Shown here: positions 13,680 through 27,752 of the stretch, piece after piece | Layout of the letters: each line of letters opens with the position of its first letter | Numbering within the stretch: position 1 is the stretch's first letter | Source: Eledone cirrhosa | Taxonomy: Eukaryota | DNA length: 64,000 bases | Assembly (NCBI GenBank): GCA_964016885.1 | Contig: CAXHJY010001681.1 | Span: 41,033 to 105,032 of the forward strand | Direction of reading: 5' to 3' | The notes under the pieces: generated by a model | What the model saw: only the letters and a program-made list of their open reading frames with translations | Database searches by the model: none | Told to the model about the DNA's origin: nothing | Position numbers and translations under genes: made by a program

Positions 13680-14330
13680 GCAAAGTCTAGAACATTTGCT
13701 ACAACAGTCAGAGATCTTCTTTATGATGATGATTGTAACTTGGTTGCATATTCAAAAAGTAACCTGCAGGATATTGTGTTTGTACTGTAATGGGCACATA
13801 AGTTTGTCCAAAACAAACATGTTCACTCCTACTCCTGTGAATCGTTATTATTGAACCATCAATATTTGTATATAGTATGACACTACCTGTGGTTAATCAG
13901 TTCTTTTACATTGGTAGTACAATTTCAAGTTTTGCTATTTTGGATTAGGAAATTTGGAGAAAAATAGAAAGGACTTGTGTGGCTTTCAATAAGTTAGAAG
14001 ATTGAACGTGGTCGCAAAGAGATACACCCCTAAGCATTAAATTGAGTGTTTATAAAGTTAGAGTCATTACAGCACTTCTTTATATTGCCCATCAATGTGT
14101 TCTGCTTGAATGTTTTTACCAGAACTCCCTAAGATATTTATTAGGCATCCCAATACGGGAGGAAGTACTTAAATGGTTCAAGTGTTTAAGCATTAAGATA
14201 TACCTCATAAAATGTAAATTGAGATGTGCTGGTCATATAATACAACTAAATGATTGATGGCTAAAAAATAAAAAAAAACAAGCTTTGATGTAAATTTAAT
14301 GAACCACAGGAGATCAGTTAGAATTGAACT
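13680..14330 (+). mobile_element. Decayed RTE/BovB-like LINE fragment
   Basis: ISLSKT, VNQFFYIGSTIS, KLSVYKVRVITALLY and KLRCAGHII motifs. Confidence 0.7.
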
Positions 14331-14399
14331 GCCACCAGCTAGATAGCAGACAGCAGTGCTGGTATTGCTCAACAGTGAGAGTGATATAAGAAACCTTAA

Positions 14400-15400
14400 C
14401 ACAAGCCTCATGAAGAAATATAAAAATTGTTTGAAAACTGACCTAAGAGAACAGATACAGTGAGAGTAGCAACAAACATACCAACATGGTGGAATTCCAG
14501 AGAGTTCTCACCGAGAACAGCAACCCTACTTCTCTCATCAAACAGCGAAATGCTAAAGAAGCAAAACTTAAAGAACAAGGAAGACATGCACCCTAGAGGT
14601 AACATATGCTACCAAAAGCTGCTGCATTTCAATAGAAAGATAATTGCTGCCCTCAGACAAGCCATCCATAGAGAGGGCCAGAAATTGCAGCTGGTCCACT
14701 CAGGACCTTCACTGAGGAGACTATTCTAAAGACATCAACCTGCATACAACGGTATATGCACACTTCCTAATTGTCCCATTAACAATGCAGAATAGTGCAT
14801 CAGAATGTATGTAGTATACAATGTCAACAATGTAGCTCCCCATACATCGGAAAAAACCATTCAGATGCTATACATAAGGATCAAGGAGCACATGACAGCA
14901 ATAGTCAAAATATACCTCGATGGATACCACAGCTGAAACATTAAGGACACCATAGAGGTGATGAAAAGGAATGTGAGAAATTTAAGAATCAAAGAGGCTA
15001 TTATCATCAACAAAAAAAACCCCACCAATAAATAATAGATTAGAAATGCATGAAGCAGAGTGGCTACTATAATTGCTCCATGTAAGTGTATTTTAAACAA
15101 TTAGACCAGGTAGGGAAGAACACACCAATCCTTCATTAACCTTTAAACTGGCTTCATTTTTATATTTGAAAAGAGGGTTATAGCCTTGATATATTATCTT
15201 GAAATATATTGGGTAAAAACATTACTTTATTTTGTTTTATTTGTCATCCTTTGCCCTTTATATATTTTTACCACATTGTACAAACTTTCTGAAACATGTC
15301 AGTACATATTTCACAATGCTTCATTATATATTACATATTTTACAGTGCTTCATGTTGACTATACTACTTTACATATATATAGATATATATATGTGTATAT
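14400..15400 (+). mobile_element. Decayed Penelope-like element 3' part
   Basis: Near 14850-15040 the frame reads EKTIQMLYIRIKEHM and NVRNLRIKEAIIINKKNPPINN, resembling the PLE GIY-YIG R..EH and EA..I...P..N motifs. Confidence 0.5.
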
Positions 15401-16004
15401 GGAGTGGCTGCAGTGCTAAGACCAGAGAATTGGTGAGTAGAAGCTACAGGATGTCGTGCACGTGTGTATGTGTGTGTGTGTGAAATCCCGACTGCGACAC
15501 CATATAAATATATGTACCTTTTATTTATTCTACAATGCAAAAACATAATAATTGTCATTACACCATTGTATTAGAAGGGAGCAAAATCTGATAACAGAAT
15601 ACATCATTGCATAATTCTGTTCATCTCACATATATGATAAACACACATTTATGGTGAGGATGATGATGATGAGGGACCTTATGTCACGATGGCTATTCCA
15701 GTTTGTTCAATCAATAGAACTACTTAGTCATTGCATTGTTGTGTAAGTGACAGAGTATTCCATACACTTATATTCTTCACATTATCTTCATACTCTGCTT
15801 AACACAGTGACAAGGCTGGCCTTTTATATTAAAGGTACAAACTACTTTACAAGCTACCATAGTTTCCCTCTACTACAATTTTAATCACAAAGCATGGGGT
15901 GGCTCAAAGGTATGGCTGAAAGCTCTTTTCCAGTGAGTCGTGCAGGGATATTGAAACCAGATCCTTTACACACATACACCTTATATATATATATATATAT
16001 ATAT

Positions 16005-16043
<39 letters not shown>

Positions 16044-16154
16044 TACAGTGACATGCCAGCTTTTTAAAATTCATAGTGAGGCTTCAGCGATGTTTATTCT
16101 ATCTAAACATTTTTTTTTATATGTGTTTCTAAGTACAACCCCAGTCATATATGA

Positions 16155-16350
16155 TCATCATCACCATTTTACGTTCATTCTTCCATGCTAGCATGGGTTA
16201 GATAGCTTGTCCTGTTGTGGGCATGCCAGGTCGGGTGACCTTGTCTTGCTCATATGGGAACTGATTTTGGCTTGATTTCTACAGCTGGATGTCCTTCCTA
16301 ACACCAACCTCATTTACAATGAGTGCTGGGTGCTTTTTTTCCATGGCACC
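16155..16350 (-). mobile_element. RTE LINE 3' UTR remnant
   Basis: Reverse complement of the 3' UTR at 41075-41260, including the (GAT)n tail. Confidence 0.85.
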
Positions 16351-16415
16351 TATGTATATCATCGTTTTATGTCCATTTTTCCATACTTGCATGGGTTGGA
16401 CTATATATATACATA

Positions 16416-16612
16416 CCATATATACTTGTCTATAAGACGACTCCACAATTTTATGTTTGAGAAATTGGTAAAAATCCAAACCTTATTTATGTAGAGTTTG
16501 AAGTTCATGAAAATCGTCAAAATATTGACCCCGGATATATATAACCTAACCCACTTTCTACCATCAATTTGTTTGGTTACATATTCCTCAGCTTATATTT
16601 GAGTAGAAACGG
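16416..16612. mobile_element. Tc1/mariner(pogo)-type MITE
   Basis: TA|CCATATATACTTG...TTGAGTAGAAACGG|TA imperfect TIRs with flanking TA. A second copy lies at 58933-59132. Confidence 0.7.
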
Positions 16613-19029
16613 TAATTATTTACAAATAAGCCAGCACATTTTTAGTTTTCTTGTTTTCTATTGTTTTCTCCATACTTTCCTGCATTATTTCTTCCCCTCT
16701 GTACCATATGATGAAGTAACCTGAAAACTAATATTATCAGACTTGCTTTTGTATTTTTTGCTACATAGCTCCACATGCACATAGACCCTTCAAATGTGTC
16801 AAAGTTGTGAGAACCTCCCCAGTAGAGATCTACATGATAAATGCACCTAATACATGCAGGAAAGTGGTTGGTGACAGCATCCAATAGTAGGTTTGACAAA
16901 CAAAGTATTGGATGTACCCATCACTTGTGTCACAGACATGACAACCTCCCTACTGATGGTGATCTATATGATAAACACACTCAGTACCTTCTGTAGAAAA
17001 CCTACCAAACAAAGTGTTGAGAGAAACCTTCAACAGTGTCAAAGGCATAACAACCTCCTTAGTGCTAGTGCCACAATAAAAAGCATTCAGTAGAGTGTGG
17101 GATTGGATCTAAGCAATTACCATCCCCCAGTACATCTGAGAGATCAGTAGCCCCACTTAAGTACTGACTCAGTCTGTAAAGACCCATCCAACACTTGTTA
17201 GCAGATGCAAGCGTTGTTGATGATATATATATGGCTTATAATAAATCTAGAATATGTTATGTCTCTGTAGTTTGTAGTATAATGATTGATACGTTTGCTT
17301 TACAAGCAATAGATAAACAGTTCAATTCCTAATGGAAAGAAATCACTTATTTTTTTCAATTGCATTGTTTACATATGTATACCAATTAATGTATGTGTGT
17401 GTGTGTGTGTGTGTGCACAGGCACGTATATAGGTTCTCAATTCAAATTCTGCTGAGATCAATAAAATTAGAACTGGCCAAGTACATAAATTGATTCAATT
17501 GACTATAGGACTTCTCCCAAAAAATTGGGATTTTGTTCAAACATAATTTAATCACACTCACACACACATACATATACAAACGGTGACATTAAAACTGAAA
17601 TTATAATAGTATAAGAGTATATAAAAATTGTTGTAGCAACAGATGTTGCTAGAAGTTGTAATGAGATCTAATTGAGTGAAACAGGAACAACATCTGTGCT
17701 TTAGTTTTCTTTGTCCTCTGTTTCAGTTTAATCAAATATATTTTCTTTGGAGAATCAGGTAATTGAATAAAACTAGACTCCTCCAAATTCAATTAAGTAA
17801 GGGTTATTTATTATGAATACAGGTCGATGTTGTAACACCAGCTTCTATGAGTATATTATAAGTAAAATAGGTTGTTATTCAAATGCATGGCTATCTAAGA
17901 ATCCAATCAAAATGCTAACCAGGTTTTATCAATGGTAATCAATCCATGCTGTATAAGGTTTAACATATAATAACTTACTTATGTAACACAAAAAAATGGT
18001 TATGGCAAAATTAATACAAAAACTATATCAATGCTGATAAACAATACACCAGTATAAACTATAGATTGTATATATATGGTGAAACAGCTGTACAAGTTTA
18101 TTAACTACGGATCAGTATTTTGGCTTTTGAGAGAAAAGTTAAGATTCTGCCCAGGATGTATGTCACAGGATGTAGTTAATGGTAAGCACTGAAGCAAACA
18201 AAATTAGATGAGTGGCTTGTGAGAGGTTTCAAAAATAATCTACAGACATTCCTTATATTAGTTTCTTTGAAGTTTTCTAGCATATAGTTCAAATCTAGAT
18301 AGATAACCATATGAGACAACAGAGACAATATGGTACTCATGGCTGAATCAATTCAGAAAATGTATGAGAGAGAGAGAGTCAGACAAAGATTGAGGGATAG
18401 CCAGTGTAAAGCGAAATATAGAGAGACAGCTTGAATACAAAATGCTGAATTTGAAAATGGCCACAAGTTAGCAATAGAAACTTTTTGAAGCAATAGAATC
18501 ATGGTAATAATTAATTGAGTAGAAGAGCTATAGTGACCTATCAAGTTGACTAAATACACCAAGTGAACTAGCAATAATTCAAGCCTTCTTTTACCAAATG
18601 GCTTCGTTTACCAAAACAACTTGCATAATCCTTCTTTCTCAGAAATGCATCTCTCAAAACTTGCATCTTGATAATATGTAACAATATAAATTGGACATTA
18701 ACTGCCATGATCTTGTCCTCTTATCGGTTGGTTGTGATTGTTGATAACTCTCAGAATATATACTTCATATTCTGGCGAAAAATATAACCATCTTTTTCAT
18801 TGTGAGAACCTAAGTACAATTAACAATGAGAATGCAACAAGCTAATCTAAAGACTCAGAAACATGTTGATCTCATCAGTTTGAAAGGACCAACAAAAACT
18901 ATCTGTTAGACACGGAGTGACTAACAACAGAATGTTTTAAGTCTGCATGTCTGACATGCGTAGCTTGTGAATAAAAAATTCAAGGGGTGTCGCTGGCCCT
19001 GATGATCGCCAAACATGTTTTGTAATATA

Positions 19030-19190
19030 TCGTCTTATTGGTTAATTTCATCGTCATATTGGCTAATCAACCAGCGAGAGTAATTGTTGCTCAAAAGCAT
19101 CCGCCATTTTGTTTGCACGTTTATTAATCGTTTCGTTTTTTAATCTTCCTCCTGTATTTCGTCAAAATATATTTCTCGTTTTGGTAAGTT
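19030..19190 (+). promoter_or_regulatory. Candidate Pol II promoter and first exon nested in the CaMKII intron
   Basis: Local CpG enrichment, two ATTGG (CCAAT boxes) at 19037 and 19058, YY1-type CCGCCATTTT at 19101-19110, and a G|GTAAGT donor at 19183/19184 followed by very AT-rich DNA. Confidence 0.45.
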
Positions 19191-19634
19191 ATATTGTTAA
19201 TTTATATATGATTTTTTAAAATTTATATTAACAATTTTTTTTTCAGTTCGTTATAACATGCTTATAATATTGGTTGTATCATATTTACTTGTATATTTGT
19301 CCATATTATTGTTCGTTTTATGTTATATTATTTTATTATTATTATGTTAGATTATTTTTTTTATTACTATGTTAGACTATTTGTATGTAATATTTAATTT
19401 TTATTAATTCAACTATAACAATTATTATGTAAAATATATTTATTTAATATTGATTGTTTTTTGTAGTTGTTTATATTAAAAGTCTGAAAATATTTTTATA
19501 CATCTTACAATAATATTTATAAGATCATTTATAAAATAACAATTATATAATCTAATTACATTACAACGATAATTTATTATTAATATATATTGTGTTTAAC
19601 TAGTTATTACAAGCATTGCCTTAAAAAAGTATTA

Positions 19635-19910
19635 AACTAGACCTGAAAAATGCGCAAGCTCAAAAGAGTCACAGAATGTTATAATAAACCTTGAATGTTA
19701 TAATAAACCTTGTTGCTCAAAAATATTGTAATCATTATCTATCGTACATTCTGTGGCATCCTTTATATAAATATCACAATAAATACATCTAGAGTGTACG
19801 ATAGATAATGATTACAATATTTTCGAGCAACAATTGTAGTCCCACACTTTTGAAGGTTTATTATAATATTCTGTGGCTCTTTTGAGCTTGCGCATTTTAC
19901 AGGTCTAGTT
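19635..19910. repeat. Fold-back (MITE-like) element with two nested inverted-repeat blocks
   Basis: 19635-19692 pairs with 19853-19910, and 19710-19752 pairs with 19791-19833. Confidence 0.8.
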
Positions 19911-20147
19911 GATAATGTCCAACCCACATCCGATTAATAAATAATAATCACTCAATAATAGCCAGCTATGTGCAATTTTAGACAGTCTTAAAATAGTAAT
20001 GGATATTGTGTAAAAAACAGTTTAAAATTTTATAATTAGTTTTCATATAAAAGTAGTCATAGCATAGCTGTTTGGGGCCTGAAGAGAGACATAGATAAAT
20101 AAACAATTTGGAAAAGTGGTACATTTTTTTACAACAAATAGTCTCTA

Positions 20148-23100
20148 TCATCACCATTTTACGTCCATTCTTCCATGCTAGCATGGGTTAGATGGGTTGT
20201 CCAGTTGTGGGCAGTGCCAGGTCAGGTGACCTTGTCTTGCTCATACGGGAACTGATTTTGGCTTGATTTCTACAGCTGGATGCCCTTCCTAACACCAACA
20301 TCATTTACAGTGAGTACTAGGTGCTTTTTCACTGTGGCACCTACACGACCACTTTACAGTGTGGGCTGGGTGTTTTTTTGTTGTGACACCTCCATGACCA
20401 CTTTGCAGTGGGAGGGGGTGGGGGCATACTGTCTATATGCTCAGCTTCGACTTGTACACTTGGAAAGTCGGGTCTTCTGTATTACTGCATGATGCTAGAG
20501 GTCACGGTCCTGTGTCATCCCCTTTGAGAGGTGCAATTGGGCAAGGTCAGCTTTTATCACCTCATCCCAGGTCTTCTTGGGTCTCCCCACTCCAAGGCTT
20601 CCAACCGACTTTTAGTGTTCTGCACCTTTTTATGCAGCTGTCATCCTTCATATGCATCACATGTCCATACCAATGCAACCTCCTCTCCTGCACACAGCAT
20701 TTGATTCCTCTTATGCTCAGTCTCTCTCTCAATTCGCTTATACTTTGCCATTCACATATATTACTATTACACATCCATCAGAGCATGCAAGCTTCATTAC
20801 ATTCTAATCTATGCAAGTCTTCTACACACAACGCCCAGGTCTCACTACCATGCAACATTGATGTTCGTATATACGCATCATACAGTCTGCCTTTCATTCT
20901 GAGGTAAAAGCCTTTTGCAGCTAGCAGTGGCTCCCTGAACTTCTTCCATTCCGTTCTTACAATGGTTACTGTACTTTCAGAACACCCACCTCCGCTGCTA
21001 ATTTGGTCACCTAGGTATCAGAAGCTGTCTACTGTTTCTAAAGCGCCCTCCCAGATTTTGGTAGTGCTTGTTTCCTGTGGCCATTTGCTGCTACATGTAA
21101 AGCCAACATTCTTAACTAAGCTTCCTGAGATCCCACTACATCTCTTGTGTACCCATAGTTTGTACTTGGGTCAGAGGATGGAATTCCTACCTACACCTTT
21201 CCTACATACTGAGAAAGGCCATTTCCTGAGGGGATCTGGGTTCTGTTTTCTCGTCTACTTACGAGGACCTTAGTCTTTGTCAGGTTGACTTTGAGACCAT
21301 TTCTTTCTAGTCCCTGCTTCTATGTTTGGAATATCTTCTTTAGTTCTACCATAGATTCTGCTGTAACTGTGAGATCATCCATACAGAAGCTCCCATAGGC
21401 ATCCGGTCTCAAACTCCTGTTATAGCCTGAAATACTATAATAAACAGGAGAGGGCTAAGAACAGCCCTGGTGGACACCAACCTGTATGCTAAATTCCTCG
21501 CTATGGTCATTGTTATCCCTAACTGACTGCTCCTCACAAGCCATTCATCTACTCCTAGTTTTCTAAGAGCCCACCAGATTATAGCACGGGGGACTCTGTC
21601 GAAGGATTTTTCCAGATCAACAAATGCCAGGTAGAGCGGCTTACTTTTAGCTAGGTACTTTTCCTGTAACTGCCTCACAAGGAAGAGAGCATCAGTGGTG
21701 TCTTTTCCTGGCACAAACCCAAACTGCATCTCATCTAGTTTTACCCGGTCCCTAATCAACTGTGCTATAACTCTTTCCATTACTTTCATGACCTGGTCCA
21801 TCAGCTTTATACCTCTATAGTTTCCTCTATCTAGTGCATCACCTTTACCCTTGTAGCAGTTGAGAATGATGCTGCTGCACCAATACTTTGGTATGGCACC
21901 CTCTATTTTTACCTGGTTAACAGTACATGTGGTTATGGTGTGACCTACTGACCCAGATGCTTTCAGCATCTCGGCAGCTATACCCGATGGACTGGTTGCC
22001 TTCCCAGTCTTCATATCATTAATTGCCTTACTTACAACGTATGCTGCTGACTTATATTGCTGGCCCCTCTATAGGGTCCACTTGGGGTAGAGTCTCTTTC
22101 TCCCATGCATTCTTCTCATTTAGTAATCTTTCATAATTGCTCTTCCACACATCTTTCTTCTTGGAACTTGTGAGTGCAAGCTCACCTTTATCATTCCGGA
22201 CACATTTCTCTCCAATGACATCACAATTTTCTCTAACACACTGTCTCGCAATCCTGAACACCTCCTGCTTCTGGTCCCCACGCTGCAAAACATGCTTGAA
22301 TTTTCTATCCTCCATTTCTAGCTTAGTATACTTGTCACCTAGCTTCCTTCCTGGTCTCTATGTAATGTACCCTGCTTCTCCTGTTTTTCCATTCTTTCCA
22401 TGCCTGTCTCTTAGCCTTAATTGCCTCATCTACCTTATTGTTCCACACCAAGCCACTCTTCTCCTCCCTGTGGTCTTGCTCCAACCACAAATCTCTTCTG
22501 CTGCCTTTAATAAGTTTTTTTTAGGAACTCCCAGTGCTCTTCTATATTGAATGTCTATCTGTTCTTTATGTCATAGACATTGAGTAAGATATATTTAATT
22601 CTGTTACTGGCCGAGGGGTCTTTCTTCTCCAGGTTGTCTTCTGTTTTCAAGTAACTCTAGTTCTGACAATGAGGTCGCTGACAACTAAGTTTTGTTGGGA
22701 GGTACATTCCTCACCAGGGAAGCCTTTTTTGTTTACAACCGTCCATCTATCTCATCCTCTGATAAGGATAAAATCTATCTGACTAGAATGCTCCCCTGAT
22801 CTATAGGTGATCAGATGGTTGTCGGGTTTTTTGAAGTTTGTGTTACATATCGACATGTCATTGGTGTCATAGAATTCTAGAAGCCTGAAGCCTTCTTCAT
22901 TTCTTGTGCCAAACCCGTAGCCTCCATGGACTCTATAGAAACCATCATGGTGTTTCCCAACGTGTTCATTAAAGTCTCCTGCAATGATTAGGAAGTCATT
23001 GTCATTTGTTAGGGCAGTAGTATGCATTAAAGACTCGTAAAACCTATCCTTAAGTTCATCTGGGAACCCAGATTGGAGTGCGTAAGCTGATATGATTGTA

Positions 23101-23530
23101 GAAATTGTTTTATTCAGGACTAGTCTTGAGTTTAATGATTCTTGCATTCACCCTGTTCACTGAGATTACCTTATCTACCCATTCATCAGCTAATAGCATA
23201 CCTACACCACCCATCCCGTTGTCATTTTTCACTAAGAAAAATTTATAGCACTGATTTTTGCCTACAAGCACTCTAGCGGACTCTCCTCTCCACCTAGTCT
23301 CTTGCACGCAGCATACATCAATTTCCTTTCGCTCTAACATCTCTACGATTTCTCCTGCTCTTCCTTTCATTGCGTTTACATTGATGGTGCCAACTCGGAG
23401 ATTTGGGCATTTGCCATCACTCGTGGGAATGGGTGAATTTTTGCGGGCGGGAGTGTGTATGCTTTCTGTCTCTGAATTAAAGCTTCGCATGGATGCTTGG
23501 TAACTCATGGATTCATATTCATTTATTTAT
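20148..23530 (-). mobile_element. RTE-clade LINE, near full length, frameshifted; same family as the copies at 9545 and 38491
   Basis: Minus ORFs 23110-23508 and 22752-23147 (APE), 21409-22014 (RT) and 20562-20774; 3' UTR with (GAT)n tail at about 20148. Confidence 0.95.
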
Positions 23531-23919
23531 TCGAGGTTATTCCATTATCCTCAGCTCATCCATAGATAACAGTAAACAAGAATTCTTTGGTGCAGGGCTA
23601 GAAGGACAGTAGTAGTAATGGCAGAATTTGTTGGGGCTGGTAATGGGTGAGGACATGGTGAGGTTTGATTGGTCAAATAGTCTATGGTGGTGAGTGTAGA
23701 TGGGCGGGTGGGAAATTGTGAGATAGGTAACCATGATGGCGTATATCATCACAGAAGATTCGGGGGAAATAAGCAGATACAAGTAGGCAAAGATACAACA
23801 AGGCAAATGTGCGAGAATTTCGAAGATGGTCACCACCTAAATGATAGATGAATTGGGTTTGGGATGAGTTCATAGGGAAAGAAAATGTCCAATGTGGTTT
23901 ATAGAAAAAGAAAGAATGT

Positions 23920-24285
23920 CTGTGGTTTATTTCGAAAACAAGGCTGAAATATATACGTTGTGGAAACAAGCAAATGATAATAATAATAATGTATACAGAA
24001 CATTTTCAAATTGGGGAAGAGAAATACCTGTAGAGACGAAATAATCTATGGATGGCTGGGATAAGTTGGAAATCTTTAAAAATTCCATAGAGAAGTTCAA
24101 AAGGTTGTCTAGCTTTATAAACACCAAATGAGTGAGCAAAGGGGAGAGAATGGCAGGGGGTTGGATGAATTTGTAGAGAAAGAGACAAAGTCCAACGTGG
24201 TTTATTTCAAAAACAAGGTCGAAATATATACATTGTGAAAACAAGTGAATGATAATAATAATAATGTATACAGAACATTTTCAAA
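23920..24285. repeat. ~90-bp direct repeat pair about 277 bp apart
   Basis: GTGGTTTATTTC.AAAACAAGG..GAAATATATAC...GTATACAGAACATTTTCAAAT occurs at about 23922-24011 and 24197-24286. Confidence 0.75.
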
Positions 24286-25260
24286 TATAGTATAAAAAAG
24301 GTTATGTGAGAAGATGAAAAGTATGAAGCTGAATGAGGTCATGAAAAATGGCAAATGAAAAGCGAAAACCTATAGTGAGTTAGAGACATGAATACTACTG
24401 GTACAGTAGATAGCAGCCAGGTAACTCAATGAAAAATAACCAGAGCTGTTTAGGAAAGTTAGAGCACATGTATAAAACGGCAATGGTTAGGAACAGAGGA
24501 GAGAAAGAGAAATAGTTGAAAAAAACCTAGTAGAAATACATTTACGCATTAAAGTAGAAAGTAGTTTCATATCTTCCAGCATAGACCAGCAATATAGCCA
24601 TTGGAAATATTAGAATAAATGACTAAGGTTTAGAAGTTAATATCTATCACAAAATCTTAAATATCCATCCACTGAAATAGCCATAAATTTATAGTTACGA
24701 AATAAAAACTGATAGAATTGGAAATTGATTGTCTATGTCATTATTTAGAGTTTGGATTTGTGTATTCTCTGATTCTTTAAGTAGTTTAAATTGAATTGCA
24801 ACTCAAGTAATCATTAAAAAAATGTCATCTATGATTTAGAGAAAACCACACTAGCTGATATAAATTGATATAATATGTATCATATATTTTGGGGAATATT
24901 TAACCCTTTTCATACCAAATTACTTAAACCCATCCTTGGTTAAGCAAAAAAAATTTCCATCATAATTTTATACAAGAACATTTGTTCCAAACACCAGCTT
25001 AATAATGAGCATATTAGTTATTTTACTATATTCTTCCAAGTCTTTTATTATTTAAAAATTATTTGAAATTTATTGTCAGTATCTTTCATTAAAATATATA
25101 GTAATGAAGCACTAAAGCTTTTCAAACATGAAGAATTTGATTACATAAAAGTATATTGTATATCACACCAAAATATTGATATAATTTAACACAATTTAGA
25201 ATATAATAAACAGTCCATTCCTTCTGGAAGTTCTCTAGGTCAAATTATATAAAAATTCCC

Positions 25261-25347
25261 AAACGTTAAATGTGAACCACATTAGTGTAATTAATACAGT
25301 AGTGCATACTGTATTAATTACACTAATGTGGTTCACATTTAACGTTT
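25261..25347. repeat. Perfect inverted repeat: 41-bp arms, 5-nt loop, followed by a T-run
   Basis: 25261-25301 is the exact reverse complement of 25307-25347. The loop is GTGCA. Confidence 0.95.
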
Positions 25348-27559
25348 TTTTTTTTGTTATGAGGTTGTGGGATGGTTTATGTTCCAGCTCATCACAGATC
25401 TAAAACCTTCCATCCATGACTATCTTATATTAAAAGTATTAAAGTAGATGTAGGCATGGAGATGAAAGGTTAAGCATGCTTCAAATGCATGAGGTCTCAA
25501 ATTCAAGTGTCTTTTACTATAGCCTTGGATGTGGAAGCCACTTGTATAGATTATACCTGTAATTTAAAGGTCCAGCCTTGTCACATATTGTGTCATGCTA
25601 ATTCAGACAAAGAATTATATTAAGGGTACATGTATTTGGAATACTCAACCATTTACACACTGATATAAATAAATGGATCAGATGATGAACAACTGTATGC
25701 TCATCAATGAAATTGATAGAGTATGAGAATTGATGAAGGCTTACAATTAAACAATTGCTGAATGGACTACAGAATGCTAACTTCTGGTTTGTTCTAAATG
25801 ATGAAAGTATGCAACAGTATTGGTTAGGTTCTACTGAAAATAACATTGAAAAAGTAAGCAGGGTTTACAATGATAAAGAAATATAATAACATAATAAGAA
25901 AGATCTAATGAATATAAAGTGGAGACTTGAAAGGATTAGCAGAGAGAACAGATGTTAAATGACAATGATAATGATGGCTATTGGTGTTGGGGAATATTTT
26001 GGGAGTAATAAGGGAATATTGAAGCCATCATCAAACCATCTTTGAGTAGTAGATTCTTTTGTGAGTGAGACAAAGTTATTTTAAGGATTGGTATCAAAGA
26101 ATAAAAGAAATATCTCAATTCAATTGTTGAGATAAAGAAATTAAAGCAATATTATTTGCATCACACCTGAAATCTTATTCATACTCAATATATGTACTTA
26201 AACATGTCACAGCAAGCATATAACTATGTTTTATGTCAACACTGAGATGTCATCATCATCACCGTTTTACGTCCATTCTTCCATGCTAACATGGGTTAGA
26301 CGGCTTGAGATGCGTTATATGCAATGCTTGTTTCCCTGCATCACACTTCTTACACAGCTCACATATGAAGAGAAAGACAAGGGGATTGATTTTTGTGCAA
26401 TTAATCCACACAGAACCTACTTCCCTATTCAGGTAACAATTGTTTGCACTGACTATAAAGTATCGAGTTCCTTCACATTCCCTTCTTGAAAAATATCAAA
26501 TAAAATCACTTTTTTGAAGGTAGTAAATTTTTGTTTTTTTCTATGTTGTAACACAAACTTCAAGATTTATAACACATCAGTCTTTCAGATTGCAAAAATT
26601 GTAATTTTCTAAATAGATCTTTAATTGACAATCATGTTGTCAGTGGTCAGAAATTCCCATGAATTTAAAAATTATTCTAAACTTGTTTGTAGTTAGCTGA
26701 AGAACTAAGAAAAGATGAACAACAAAGCATTAATAGTCATCAACATGTATACTGCATGGTGTATCGTATAATCCATTATGCTAACGATTTTTGCTTTCAT
26801 ATATTTTACTATAGACACATCCCATCAGAGCTCAAAATTAAGAATCTTGGATGAAGACTATTTGAACCATCAATCTCTCTGTTGGTTGTCTGTTACTCTA
26901 TTTATTTGATTATTCCCTTTTTCTACCTGCACATTAAAACCAACTAATGAAATCATTACCACCCTGGAAACTACTTTTAGCTCTCTTGGTTAACTACATA
27001 CAACCCTCTCACTGTCATTGTCCACTAAGCTACAGAAGCCAACATTCTCGGTCAACAACATTCTCTTGGTTAACAATACTATATTTTAATCATTTATAAT
27101 TGATCATTACCAATATGATACAGTTGAAATTGTAATGCACAAAATTAAATGCATAACTAATTAATTCCATTCGTTTACATTCTTAGTCCAAATCACAAGA
27201 GAGGGGTCCATTCAATAAAATAAATCCCAAGCATATACTAAAATCAATTCAATCATATAAGATCCTCTGCAAATGTGTGTGTGTTTGTGTGTAAACTTGA
27301 CAGTGTCAAAAATCCTTATTATTTTAGAACACACTAGATATGTCACTTAATCTGTTTATTTTGAGAAAAAATATTCAAAAGAGCAAACTTGCAATGAATC
27401 CAGGCAAAGAAAAGCTCAATCTCTCCAGACAATTGGAAGGGGAAAATATAGAATTAAATAACAGAACAATATTTATCACAGATATTTGTTATGTAAATAT
27501 TTATTCTAAAGTTAACAACATTAAACAAAGCTGTGGTATTTAAACTCAGATAAAGCTAA

Positions 27560-27752
27560 TGTAATTATTGTTTCTACGTTAGGCACAAGGCCAGCAATTA
27601 CCCAGTGCATTACTGGTACTTTATTTTATCAACCCTGTAAGGATGAAAGGCAAAGTTAACCTCGGCGGGATTTGAACTCAGAATGGCAAGGGCCGTAACT
27701 ATGCGTCAAAGTATGGCGTCCGACCCTCTACCAATACTGCCAATCCACTGCT
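27560..27752 (-). mobile_element. SINE (family with AGGATGAAAGGCAAAGTT.ACCTCGGCGGGATTTGAACTC core)
   Basis: The same block recurs at about 45840-45985, and in degraded form near 31640-31730 and 31900-32090. Confidence 0.6.

Noticed and set aside
16620-16721. Possible minus-strand exon after ttttcag
   Set aside because: No CaMKII-like translation, no clear donor, and it runs into a MITE.
17590-18810. Possible decayed coding sequence on the minus strand
   Set aside because: Many stops in the frames I translated and no motif I can assign.
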